A DNA stretch of 64,000 bases from Lytechinus pictus (taxonomy: Eukaryota). Every line of letters begins with the position of its first letter. Position 1 is the stretch's first letter. Of this stretch, positions 1 to 12,168 are shown one piece after another. A program made the translations under genes and the position numbers. Under the pieces are notes generated by a model, which searched no databases, was not told where the DNA came from, and worked only from the letters and a program-made list of their open reading frames with translations. The stretch spans positions 2,420,001 to 2,484,000 of the forward strand of contig NC_087251.1 in NCBI RefSeq assembly GCF_037042905.1, in the 5' to 3' direction.

Positions 1-633
1 AGAAAATTGAAATGGGATTTCTCATGAGGTATATCTTGCATCTGCTCTGCTAAAATAAATTTGATCATAAAGCCTTGCTGTAGAGATGATGGTGTTTGGT
101 GTTAAATAACAAAATGTTATATTTTACTTTGGGGTTTGGTGTTGTGGATGATATCTGTTCTGCTCCTGGTCATTCCATTTCATTTGTTTCCTGAGCTTTC
201 ATACACATGCCAATGACCTGTCTTTAGAAAAGTCATGCATGAGTTAGTATAAAATCCTTTATGAAAAAAAAAATCATTATTCGAAATAGAAATCTGACAT
301 AGAAATACTCCAGTTGGACATAGCTCTGTCCATTTAATTGTTGAACGCCAAACAGGGTAGCAGCAACTCCCATCTTTTAACGTCTTTGGTCTGATGCGAA
401 CCTCCCAATGACATCTAACTTCTACTGAGCCAACACACCAAAGATGTGGCATGTCCTGTGAAATTCAATTCAATATATTCTATTCCACGTAATCAACACA
501 ATAATAGTAATATGTTTAGTAATACTTCAATTAGATGAATCATAGAAGAATGATCAGCTAATAAACAAAGTGATAATACCAGCAGTTTAGTGGTAGCTCC
601 CATGCACATGACTCCCCATGTCATCTTAATTCC

Positions 634-948
634 ATAATAATAATAATAATAATAAACAGTTCTTGTATAGCGCATATCACGATTATGAATAATGTCTCTA
701 TGCGCTTCCAAAGGACTTGGATATTATTACCCCAGCTGTAGCTTGGCAGCCGTAATTACTAAGATTACAGCGCACACGCATTTCAAGGAATAAATTCCTG
801 CCAGGTACCCATTCACCTCACCTGGGTTGAGTGCAGCACAATGTGGATAAATTTCTTGCCGAAGGAAATTACGCCATGGCTGGGATTCGAACCCACAACC
901 CTCTGTTTCAAAGTCCGGAGACTAATCCACTGGGCCACAACGCTCCAC
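634..948 (-). mobile_element. Full-length tRNA-derived SINE
   Basis: The minus strand has a Pol III A box (TGGCCCAGTGG) and B box (GGTTCGAATCC), a central core (CACTCAACCCAGGTGAGGTGAATGGGTACC), a LINE-like 3' end (AAGCGCATAGAGAC...ATGCGCTATACAAGAAC) and a (TTA)n tail. Confidence 0.9.
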
Positions 949-1099
949 ATAAGTTCTATTTCGTAGAAAGTTGAATATAATTAAGTAATCAATACTGAAG
1001 TATTTAGACATAATCATCCGTGAAGTCATTATGAACTATTAAACAAATGACAGTTCATGGAATGTATATAATATGACATATTTGGAGCTGCATGCATGT

Positions 1100-1244
1100 G
1101 GCAGAACCAAAAATTAAACAAAAAATAAAGAAACAAAGCACTCATGACTGTAATTCTTCTATATCTTTGTTAATAATCCATTAATATATTCCTCTCATTC
1201 TGTGTTTTTATAAAGCAAAGTTGACTTTGGGATGGACATACCCT
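1100..1244. mobile_element. Decayed right end of a TTAA-flanked (Kolobok-like) MITE
   Basis: Ends GGGATGGACATACCCT|TTAA, resembling the right termini of the intact elements at 37905-38490 and 56898-57494. No matching left end was seen and the start coordinate is approximate. Confidence 0.35.
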
Positions 1245-4200
1245 TTAACTGAGCTATCCTATCAAAGACTTAATAGAATGAAGTATATGGGGGCTTTGGC
1301 AATTTGGCATTTCTATTTGTTTTGTTTGGCTCTTGTGACCTATCTAGCCACCCACCTTTAACCACCCACAATCGTCAAATGGAATGCAGAAAAAGAATAA
1401 GGTGAGAGACGGACAGAGAAATAGACAGAGAAAACAGACAATCAAACAGTCTGATAGACAGAGAGTTATTGGAAAGAGAGAAGAAAGATGGGAGAGAGAG
1501 AATGGTGAATACTGTATAAGCTCAATATTGTGGTAGTTTATATTCCATATTTCAAATAACAAAAAAATCAAATGAATTGAATAATTTTCTTAATAAACAT
1601 GTATTTACACATAAGTATAAGCTATCAATTCATTTTCATTACTTATACATGAATAACAACTTGAATTTCACTTTGTTATATGGCCATTGCTGCAAATGAA
1701 AACAAAACAAATTATGAAAATAAAGGATTCCAGTGTACTTCCTAAAATTATTAATTCACTTTCATATCAATATAAAGGATAATAATGTAATGACATGTAT
1801 ATCATCAAAAGAGGGTGACCATTAATAATATAAAGGAAAAAAATGGGGAAAATGCCTCCCACTGAAAAAACAATATAGAAAAGGGAAGAGAGTCACAAAA
1901 ATAGATGAAGATATGTGTGGGGAGTAAAGTATGATGACATGAAAGAGAGTGATTGGAATGAAAGATAAGACATCTTTAAGTGTTTGTGATCAATGTTAAT
2001 TCATGATAACCTTTAAAGATTAAACACTTCAATTTATGATATCTGCCATGAGGTAAGGGGCGAGTGGTATGGTGGATCATAACATCTTACTCATACTGGG
2101 ATGGGGGGGGGGGGAGGAACTATAAAATGCATGCGTGGGTACTTGTTGCTACTTGATTGTCAGACCAAGCCAGGATGATAACGTAATCTTGCGCCTGCCT
2201 CGCTGCTATTCTGTGATGAAAGGAGAGGAGAAGCCAAGCTATCATCGCCCACAATTTGTTTACCTTACTTCAATTGAATTATACTACAATGAGATGAGAA
2301 TGGATAAGAGTCTGGTATAACCAGTGCTGCACATTATTTACTTGTATTGCTCTTATTGAATGTTAAGATCAATCAAATACATACTAATACTCCTGCATTC
2401 TTCAGCTTCGGATCAAAGATTTTTGCTTAAAATGTATTTTTGTAAAAAAAATTTCTCTTAGTTCATTTTTATTTTTAAGTAAATACAGAAATAGGTTTTA
2501 GACGTTTACAGTTTATGCCTGTGCAATAGATATTGTCTGCTTTGCCCTTTGAATTTGGTCACCATTAAATTAAAATAATGAAAATGTCATCCAATATTAC
2601 TTCGGGACATTACATACCCTACTAATACCCTTATACGTATAAAAATGATTCACCTTTATTGAAGTGAATAATGATAGTACTATTACTCATCAGCTTGGTG
2701 ACTAAGTGTTCTATTGTATACACTTCCCATCTTATTAAACATTGTCGAGCAACAACAATACTCCTTTTTTAAATATGATTGTATATATGATCAGTGCGTA
2801 TGACTCACTAATGCAGTTTGTGCCAGCAAATGTACAGCTCAAGGGGAAGACAGGGATGTTGTATTATATCTGAAGTATGTAGATTGTAGTAAAAATAGGG
2901 TTATGTCATGTTATATTTGAACTATGTTAGATTGTAGTCATTGAATGGTTAAAGAAGTGCTAATACTCCTAAACTACTTCCTTTATCAGTGATGTCCTAA
3001 ACATTCATAGAATATAATGTTATCATTATCTTGAATTACAGGTGTGGATTTGGTGGAGGGGTGGAGTGCTTGTTCTCCGTATTTGAGGACAATTTTTTGT
3101 GTAAGAAAATTTGTTAACACGATGTAGCAATGAGAGGTACCCCTTACTTTTTTCTTTGCTCGTCAGAAATGTTTTGCTCCCCCCAGTAAATCTTATATCT
3201 GCCCTTGTGTTTGTCCACTGTCGTCCATTATACTACATGCCTGTATCAAAGGATTTATTGCACTGTAAAAAATGTAATATGTGAGTGATCATTGTTGGGA
3301 CTCATTATAACCTCACCCATTCCCACCTGCTTGTCTAAAGTTCATCTGACATATGGCTCAGTGAGCTCACATAGGGTGTATCTAATCAGTTGCTTTTACA
3401 TGAATTTATCTTCTTTTCTCTCAGTATGGGGATTTAGATTTTTTCCAAAGGTGTTGTCTGGTTTATAGGCAATTATGCATGAATTAAACAGAGAAATGAG
3501 CATATGAAAGTTGAAAATAAATCACCAATAATTTCTTTTGAGAGTATTGTGTAATGAGAGGAACAAAAAAGTATTATTCATTATTATATAGAATTAATAA
3601 TCATTATACTCTTTTATCCTCATTTTTCTATCAAATTTTGTTCATGTTTCATGCATTGTTTTTGATGTCCATTAGAATATTTAAGTGCCTTACAATTAAA
3701 TATAAACCATTTTTTTTTTCAATCTTCAGAATGAACCAACTAGAAGTCTATTCAATATTTCCAATATTTTACTGTATAAGAAATAGTACAATTTCACAGA
3801 ATTTTATATCAAAGAAAGACAAAGAGTCACAAATTCAAGTAAAGTGTATTTTAATATTGAAAACAACCCCCAAATATTGTCCTTCGTGTAGAAGTCAAAG
3901 AGATCTTTGTTAGATATGAAACTCTTTATTACATGTCCCATAAACCCTTGTAATAATTAATGAGAGAAGGAAACTGGTATGAATTAAGTTAGACATCAAC
4001 GCAGGTTATGGTCTAGTCTCCAATCTTAGTAATACAATGCGATCATTTCCCTTCTCCTATCTAACCTGAGGTGTAGGTAAATGGAGACTGGAATTATATC
4101 CCTAGCAATCATCACTTTCCAGTATTACATTACACACCGGCTACTGATAGATAAAGTTAGTCATATGGGCAAACGGTTAGGGCTGGGATTAGCATCCAAA

Positions 4201-6739
4201 ATATACACAAGATTGCAATTTCCAGCCAGAGTCAGCACAGAATTAATGATGGTTAAAACATTCATCTTTCTTTTCAAATTTGTGCAAATCTACTGCCAAA
4301 GATATTTGGTTATTTATAGATATACATGCTTTTGCTTAAATATCATTCGTTATTTGATTTAGATTGAATGTAATTTTGCTAAACAAACAGAGAACATGTT
4401 TTTTATGAGATGAAGGTGTATTATGTCACTCTAAATCAATAAAGTTACAACCCAACACCCTGTAATTAACACTCTTTTAATCAATAGTGTGTAATTACTA
4501 TTTTAGAGGTGACAGAACTTCATTGTTAGAGATTTAGAAAAAATCAATACTAATGATTGTTATTTGTCTGTGATCTATTTCGGAGTTGGTTAGTAGTCAT
4601 GAATAAACATGACGTAATTGATGACCACAAATATGCATGGAAAATTAAAATGTGATATAAGGATGGACACCTCTTAATGTGCTTCTATAGGATGGGTAAG
4701 GGAACAAAGTCAATTGATTTATCAGATTATTTTTTCATTTTGGTTTATTTACACAAATGTCACTATAAAATTAGTTATGAATTGAATACAGCAATATGAC
4801 TTTATCACAACTTTAGGATTAGTTGACGTTGCCGAACCAATTTAGTTTTGGCACCAGCAAGATTTTGCCTTTAATCTTTTAAAGTGTGTTTTAAGTGTAA
4901 CAAAGCCTGTGTGCGCTTGCGAGCACTCTTCTATCCAATAAACGGCCTTATACTTTTCAAATCTTGAAATATAAGGCCTTATCTACTGAATGTAATAAAA
5001 TAAAAACATTTTTTTATATGACGAAATAATTTTGATTGCCGCATATATTCTTTTTTGAATGAGAGCCCCGTAAAAAAAACCAATCAAGAACAATATTCAT
5101 CACTCTCATTTCCCTTCATCTTCTTTTTGTGCTCTCTCTCCCCCTGTCTCTTAATCTCTCTTTTCACTTTCTAGTATGGTCCCCTCTCTTTCTTGCCTTT
5201 CTTTATATCTTTCTCTGATTCTCACTTTCTCTCTCTCTCTCTCTCTCTTATTTTTGTATCTTCTTTGTAATGGTTCACAGGTGATGACACCAAGCTTGCA
5301 CCTTAATGGACTTTTGTATTGACTGTCTCAAAATGTTAATGTAGTGCTATTGATTGCAGCCATAAATAACGCAGGATCCATCTGTTCTAAGCAGTATGTC
5401 TGGCTTGTGCTCATGATCAACCCGCTCTTATTCCTCATGCTAGAGTTGGTGTATTGCACCTATCAATTTGTTGCAAAGGATATGTACCATACTGTGAAGA
5501 TGGTGGTGGTAGGGGAATAGGAAGGAGAGGGGGAGAGAGATATATAGAATGGGGGGGGGGTGCGCACAAGCAAGCAAGATAAAAAGAAAAGCATGAATAT
5601 TTCTTCAATTTGTTTTCATTACCTTGCAAGCAAGTTTTCATGATTTTTGTTCTTCTCTCTTTTATTATTTCATTAAGGTAGACATGCAATTTATGAATAA
5701 TTACATTCTACTTATTGTAATACAAGAAACTGTAATTGATTAATTGTGGGTTTGAAGACTTTATATATATTTTAATATAAAGGCATAGGAATGTGATGTC
5801 TACTTGCATTCTTTGCTGCACAATTTTCTTGGAATTAGAGTGAGGCATTGGGCCTGACTAATCACCATTTAGCAGTGTTTATTATTAGAAAAAATATATG
5901 TTTGAAAGTAAATTGGCATCAACTGACTGAGCATTCTTTCTGAGAAATTCATCTTTAAATACATTCCTGTAATATACTTGTAAACATGCGTTAGTGCATA
6001 TACTACCATAAAAAGCATGCTTTTCTGTGAAATGTTTTTAAGACTGGTGAAATTAATTCTGCGATGAAATATTTTTGAGCAATCCACACAGTGACTCAAA
6101 TATAAACAGATAAATCTATAATGCCCCTCAATCTTTAGAGATCTCACTTTATATCCATCGTTAGGGCCAGAAGGGCATTGTGTCTTTCTTGAACGCTTAT
6201 GAGTTAACATCCTTTTGACTTTGTTATGTTCATTGTGAGAAGATGTTTGAAGCAGACATAACATGGGAGTATCTTTCATCATTGCATAAACATAGCCAGC
6301 TGTGTATTTTCTATCCTATGTGTGAACGTGGATCCTGCGTGTCATGGTAGAAGCCACCTTAGTGACGTCTCCTGCAGCGCGATCCTACATCATCTATGTT
6401 CTTGCACTCTTAAGGAGACCTCGTGATCACATGCATAGTCTGGCCTCATTAAACCTGGTAGTTTTCCATCAAATTTAAAGAGTGCCTAAGAAGTCGAACA
6501 TGATTTTGATTACACACATCTAAATTGATCTTGTGAAAGACATACCTGGGTCCTCTAACACTATAAGGCTTAGTGCTAGATCATAGAGCTGATTTTAAAC
6601 TTGATAATTGATTAGTATGTGTTATCAAGCATACAAATTGACTGTTTGAACAATTTTCTTTTTGTTACTGGTCCCAAGACACAATTCTAAAACAAGTAGC
6701 CTCCTTTATCCTCTCATATGATAGATACAATATTTATAT

Positions 6740-7390
6740 AATATTGACTGGCCTTGAGGGGAACATCAAATATGTTGCTCGCAACAGAATCATATTGGCC
6801 TGAGTCTTAATAGACGAGGGCAATGTGGTTCTTTTAAGGGCAATGTATTTGATGTTTCCCGAAAGAAGAACCAGTCATTATTATTATTACCTACAGCATT
6901 ATAATGTGTAATTCAATCTATAATTTGGAAGAATTTAAATGCCTATTTGCTTATCACTACTTGTGATGTCAGGTTATTCACAAAGTCGGCGAAGTAATCC
7001 TTGCTAAGCAACTGTGACGTAAATTGTTACCATGCAGTCGCGTGTAATGCATGACGCGCACATACATTTAATGCGTAGTAATCTTGCGCTTGGCTTAGTT
7101 TAGCTGAGAATGCATATGCACTGGCCGCGCTGCGCATTATCTCCAATGCGATGATTCACACACTGGTTCCAGCCAGTATTCACAAATACTAAAATTAGCG
7201 ATTAAAATTGGCAAGCGCACAAGCAGAAATATGGCCAATGTTGCCCTCTGTTTTTGTACAGTATTCCTATTGGCAAAGCCCGGGGAGGGCAACATGGCAA
7301 ATATTTATCCTGTTGATCTCGGATTGAAAGTGGCGAGCGAAATATGACATTTATTTATCTGCTAAAATGCCTTGTATAGGTAATAATAAT
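6740..7390. mobile_element. Non-autonomous hairpin-rich DNA element, copy 1
   Basis: Aligns along its length with 11436-12168. It has an ~140-bp imperfect terminal palindrome (AATATTGACTGG...CCAGTCATTATT, 6740-6882), then a segment bounded by inverted repeats ATTATTATTACCTA / TAGGTAATAATAAT, and an internal stem ATGTTGCCCTC/GAGGGCAACAT. Confidence 0.8.
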
Positions 7391-10300
7391 ACCTGTCTAA
7401 AAATTATTAGCTGATGGGTCATTTTGTATTGTTCATCATTTGATATTTACAAAAATCTTACAGAAATATAGTGACCATTGAATCTATTATTCCTCTGTTA
7501 GTTCTTTGTAGATATCTTGCACTGTTTCTATATAATGCCATAATTAAGAATGCCCCCTTGAGCATTTATCTTTCAAATCTAGTGAATAGATATCAGAAAG
7601 CTATAGAAAAGGATTATATCCTGAAATTTTTGAGAAATCGTTTTACATTAAAAGGAAAAGAAGTTGAGATAATAAAGGGGGGGTTCTTATTATTTTGTAA
7701 CTAGTCAGTTTGACTATTTTTGCCATATATATATATATATTTAAATTTCAATTTTGTTTTCTCTTAAAATAAAAAAATGTAATCGTGATTTTTGTTTTCT
7801 TTCTCTTTTTTCTCTTCTTGCTAATTACGGTACTTGGATTTAAAATCAAGTAGGTATATCCATCAATGACAGCATGTGATGAATAGACTTACTTACAAAC
7901 AGAGATGGTGTTAGGTTCTAGGCTCTATGTGCCAGTGTTGATTGTTATAGACCAACATCTTGACTCACTTAGTTATTTTGTTCCAACAGTAAGAAATTAA
8001 TAGATAGACTAGGTCAACATTTATTAAGTCTATGCAAGTTTATCATTTATACCTTTTTTTTTGCTAAAGTTGAGCTGGAACCTATTAACTTTTATAATTT
8101 TTCAACTGAATTTCTCATGACAATATCTCATTTTCACATGATTTTAAAGTTCTTGCTATTTTGAATATATGAATGAGTATACAGAGGTACTTCGTTACCA
8201 GCTGGATGCACGGTCCAAGGACAGGGCTGGTGATTTGATTTCTTTCCCCATTTACATCCATGTTACATGTAGTTAATGGTCTCCAGAATCCAGTATATAC
8301 ATCATATCCAACTCTATTTATTTAGGTAATGGAAAGCATCCCTTCCCTCTAGCACTTTGATTCCTAGTCTAAGCCCTCTGTCCATAGCTAAGCTATGTAG
8401 GAGTAGCAAGCTAGACATCACCTGGCTTTCTCTTAAACATGACGTCAAAGGCAAATCAATGGGCCTTTTATTGGAGAATACATGTTTTCCTCATGTCATT
8501 TTAAATTGAAGTATATACCTCCTACCTATGTATGTAGTGAAGTTCTATGGATGTACAGGAATTTACCTACCAGACGTGCTTGTCTCCCTATTCAGCCGTT
8601 GACTACATTTACGTTATTCAACAAAACATTGTGCATAGCCCTACCTGGAGGCAATATGGCAGCACCTGCCTAAAGTTATTGCATTTCCTCAATCAAGTGT
8701 TAGTTTACCCAATGTGTTAAATGTCGCTATGTCAGACAAAGAAAGTACAAGGCAGAGAGGTCATGAACAGTAACAGTTACCCAGGAATATGAATAACAGC
8801 AAGCTTGAACATAGAATGACTGGATATTGAGGTTGAGGTCATCTTTTGTTATATATTCTTCATGTTGGTTTTCATAGAATAATCTGTGGATGATGAGATT
8901 TTCAGTCATTAGATGTATATGACTCTCTCTTCCTTCTCTCTCTCTCCCTCTCGTTCAAGTTTAATCATTTTTTTATAAACATTATTCAATCTTCTTCTTT
9001 AATTTTGTTCTTATATTGTATTATTATACATGTAGTTTAAAAGTTAACATACATTTTAATAGCCACGTAAAGAGCAGATTTTGTTCTTATGATTTTCATT
9101 ACTAGTATTGGCTATAACCTTTAAAAGGAAAAATCAAAGCTCTTAAATTAATCTGAGTGGTAGTGTACTCTTTTTTATTTTCTTCCTTTGGTGGACTTCA
9201 ATAACTTTCAAAGAAAAGAAAATCTATTAAATTGATCTGAGCAGCAACAGCTTTGGTTTCTGCAGAGCTTTGGTTGTATTATGTTGGAAATATACAGCAA
9301 AGGAAGCTATAGTACATACGTTCAATTTGATTATGTTAGCGCTAAGAATCTAGTACAAACCACAAAATGCATTCATCCAGAATTCACTTTAAAAGGTGTC
9401 AAATGCCCAATGACGTGAGTGTGTCACTCACTAATATCTATTCATGCTTGTAATTAGTCAATAAATGATTCTATTATATTTGCTTTGTTGCATTCCAACT
9501 CTTACTTGCGAGTATATTGAATGATTGCTGAGGGAAACGGTAAGAGATGTATTCAGAAGCGGGGGAAAGGGAAAGCAATTGATGAATTTGATAGGTAATT
9601 GAGATATAAAAAATGAAGATTTCTTTGATTTTTTTTTAATCATTAGGATAATTCTGTAGATGAGATTAATTATGGTATGGTATTCACACATGTAGGAAAA
9701 ATTAGTTGCATAAGCCAACCCTTTCATATTATTATCATGACAGTTCACTTGGTTAGTTAAAAAAAAAATTGTTGAACTTTTGATCTCAACACACTAAAAA
9801 CACACATGCAATCAGTAGCCGAAAGTTTTATAGTGACTCTTCAACTTCAACTCTTTAACTCTTCAACTCTTCACTTTCTTTTTGTGTGTGAAATCAAAAT
9901 TTTAACAATTTATTATTTTCCTTTTCATATTACATGCATTTTAATTATGTAATTCTTGTAATGATCCAATTAGTATTTTTTCTCTAGTTGGCTTTGTATT
10001 GTAAGTGTAAACTCAATTTTGGTTTGGAAAAAAGAAGAAAAACGAATTGAATTGTAAATAGTGATTATAGACAAAGGCAGTTGCCAAAATGTTTTTTTTT
10101 TAGAGGACTTCATGTTTCTATTCGGAATAATAATATCTCCTTCTTGAGTGCATTAGATTAAGATTTTGTGTTATTGTGAATGTATCATACAGTAAGAATG
10201 AATTGTTAATAGAAGGATTTCTACTTCTCTTTTTTTTTCATCACTGTATGAGAAAGGAAGAGGAAGGAAAGAGACACATAGAACGAAAGGAGGGTAAAGT

Positions 10301-10764
10301 ATAATGATATAAAAGTGTATTCACCCAAGTGAACTCGACCAAACCACTGTAATAAAGCTCCAGTATTTTCCAATAATAAGCCCATTAGTCGAGTCGTCAG
10401 AAGGATGGGGGGGTACCTATGACAATACAGTGGCTGCGTTCATAATAATCATCACCAATACACCATTATGCATGCATTTCCAATACAACACAGTCCCTAT
10501 CCTGCAATTAGGAGTAACTATACTATGCTATGCCATGTTTACCTATCAATTGACTCACAAATTAAACCAAGATATATATATACTTGGAATTAAACTTTGT
10601 TGGAACTGCAATGCATTACCTCTTTGTCTCTTTTATCTCATCTATGTCCAACACGCGGAATGTAATATTTTTATTATTGTTATATATATATAAATATATA
10701 TATAAATGTGTGAAATTATACATGTACAACAGCTTTGGCAACTCTTTTATATAAATATTTTGTA

Positions 10765-11435
10765 AAAGAAATGGATGAAGAGAACAATGGTAGGCGGAGC
10801 TTAAATCAAGGTTCCCCAGAGCTATCTGCCCTTGGAAAAATTGGTAATGCCGAAAAATGTCTCTGCTGGGAATCGAACCCGGGCCCCCAGCACTAGACCA
10901 CAGAGACGGGTTAGTGGCTAGGGCGACCCCGATCTGATTGACCGTCAGATAGACAGATTTTCGACACTATACCAATTATAATTTCCTTTGTCGGGTGTAG
11001 GTGGGTTTTGAACAATGATAAGCCGCCATGCCTCAGCTGGATCAAAGCTATAGCTTTGATACAGTACACGTATAGGAGAAAGAAATGGATGAAGAGAACA
11101 ATGGTAGGCGTAGCTTAAATCAAGGTTCCCCAGAGCTATCTGCCCTTTGGAAAAATTGGTAATGCCGAAAAAATATCTCTGCCGGGAATCGAACCCGGGC
11201 CCCCAGCTTTAAACGCCCGTGCCTTAACCACTAGACCACAGAGACGGGTTAGTGGCTAGGGCGACCCCGATCCGATTGACCGTCAGATAGACAGATTTTC
11301 GACACTATACCAATTATAATTTCCTTTGTCGGGTGTAGGTGGGTTTTGAACGATGATAAGCCGCCATGCCATACGTGTACTGTATCAAAGCAATAGCTTT
11401 GATCCAGCTGAGGCATGGCAGCTTATCATTGTTCA
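10765..11435 (-). mobile_element. Tandem (~338-bp unit) tRNA-containing retroposed element with an inverted 5' end
   Basis: Two near-identical head-to-tail units start at 10765 and 11079. Segment 11371-11435 is the reverse complement of 11009-11073. TTTGT on both flanks is a candidate target-site duplication (TSD). Confidence 0.85.
11174..11245 (-). tRNA. tRNA-like gene or pseudogene, anticodon TTA (ochre-suppressor-like), body resembling tRNA-Glu
   Basis: Folds by hand as: acceptor GTCTCTG/CAGAGAT, D stem GTCT/AGGC, anticodon stem CGGGC/GCTGG (one G-G mismatch) with loop GTTTAAA, 4-nt variable loop, T stem CCGGG/CCCGG with loop TTCGATT, discriminator A, then TTTTTT. It is embedded in a repeat, so function is doubtful. 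Confidence 0.55.
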
Positions 11436-12168
11436 TTTGTTGCCTGCAACAAAATCATATTGACCCGAGTCTTTAGACAAGGGCAATATGGTTCTTTAAA
11501 GAACCAGTCAATATATTCATATTAACTACATCTGTATAATGTGTAATTCAAGCTATTATTTAGAACATGTTAAGAACCCCCTGCACTATTTGTATAAGAG
11601 TAGGGGGAAACCCCGGTGTAGTGGTCCACCTGCACTCCCCCCAATCCGTTTATGTATCAGGAGGTGAGACCAATTGGTCATAGTGATTTGGTTTGCTTTT
11701 CACCTCCCAGGCATAGGTGATGCCAAAACAAATAATGATAATAATAATAATAACAATTCATATGCCGGTTTGCTTATCACTACTTCTGATATCAGGTTAT
11801 TCACAAACTTGGCCAAGTAATCCTTGCTAAGCAATTGTGACCGCGCAGTCGCGCATCATGCATGGTGCCCACATGCACTTGTAAAAATCTTGCGCTTGGG
11901 ATTGATTAGCTGGGAATGTGTATGCTCTGGCCCCACCGCGCATTGCCTACATGCGTTGGTTCACAAACTGGTTCCAACCAGATTTCGCAAATACTGAAAT
12001 TAGCGATCAAAATCAGCTCCTACTGCGCAAGCGCACTAGCAGAAATATGGCCAGTATTGCCGTCGATTTTTGTACAGTATTCCTATGGGCAAAGCACGGA
12101 GAGGGCAAATAGCAAATGTTTACCCCGTTGGTCTCAGATTGACAGTGCTAAAATGCCTTTATAGGTAA
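11436..12168. mobile_element. Non-autonomous hairpin-rich DNA element, copy 2 (interrupted)
   Basis: Colinear with 6770-7385 (e.g. TTTGCTTATCACTACTT, AAGTAATCCTTGCTAAGCAA, TTTTTGTACAGTATTCCTAT, TGCTAAAATGCCTT). It contains an insertion at 11568-11751. Confidence 0.8.
11568..11751 (+). mobile_element. 5'-truncated SINE with a Deu/Nin-like central domain
   Basis: Absent from copy 1 of the host element, flanked by an AACA direct repeat and ending in (ATA)n. The 5' part TAAGAACCCCCTGCACTATTTGTATAAGAGTAGGGGGAAACCCCGGTGT resembles the Deu/Nin-domain consensus as I recall it. Confidence 0.7.

Noticed and set aside
875..948. tRNA gene (TTG loop) at the SINE head
   Set aside because: The anticodon and acceptor stems pair poorly, and the sequence runs straight into a SINE core and tail.
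3039..3207. Degenerate hAT-like MITE (CAGGTGTGGAT...ATCTGCCCTTG)
   Set aside because: The termini are only weakly complementary and there is no 8-bp TSD, so it is too decayed to support.
10765..11435. Hammerhead, HDV-like or twister ribozyme in the tandem unit
   Set aside because: No correctly ordered CUGANGA/GAAA core or HDV pseudoknot could be built by hand on either strand. A covariance-model search would be needed to exclude variants.
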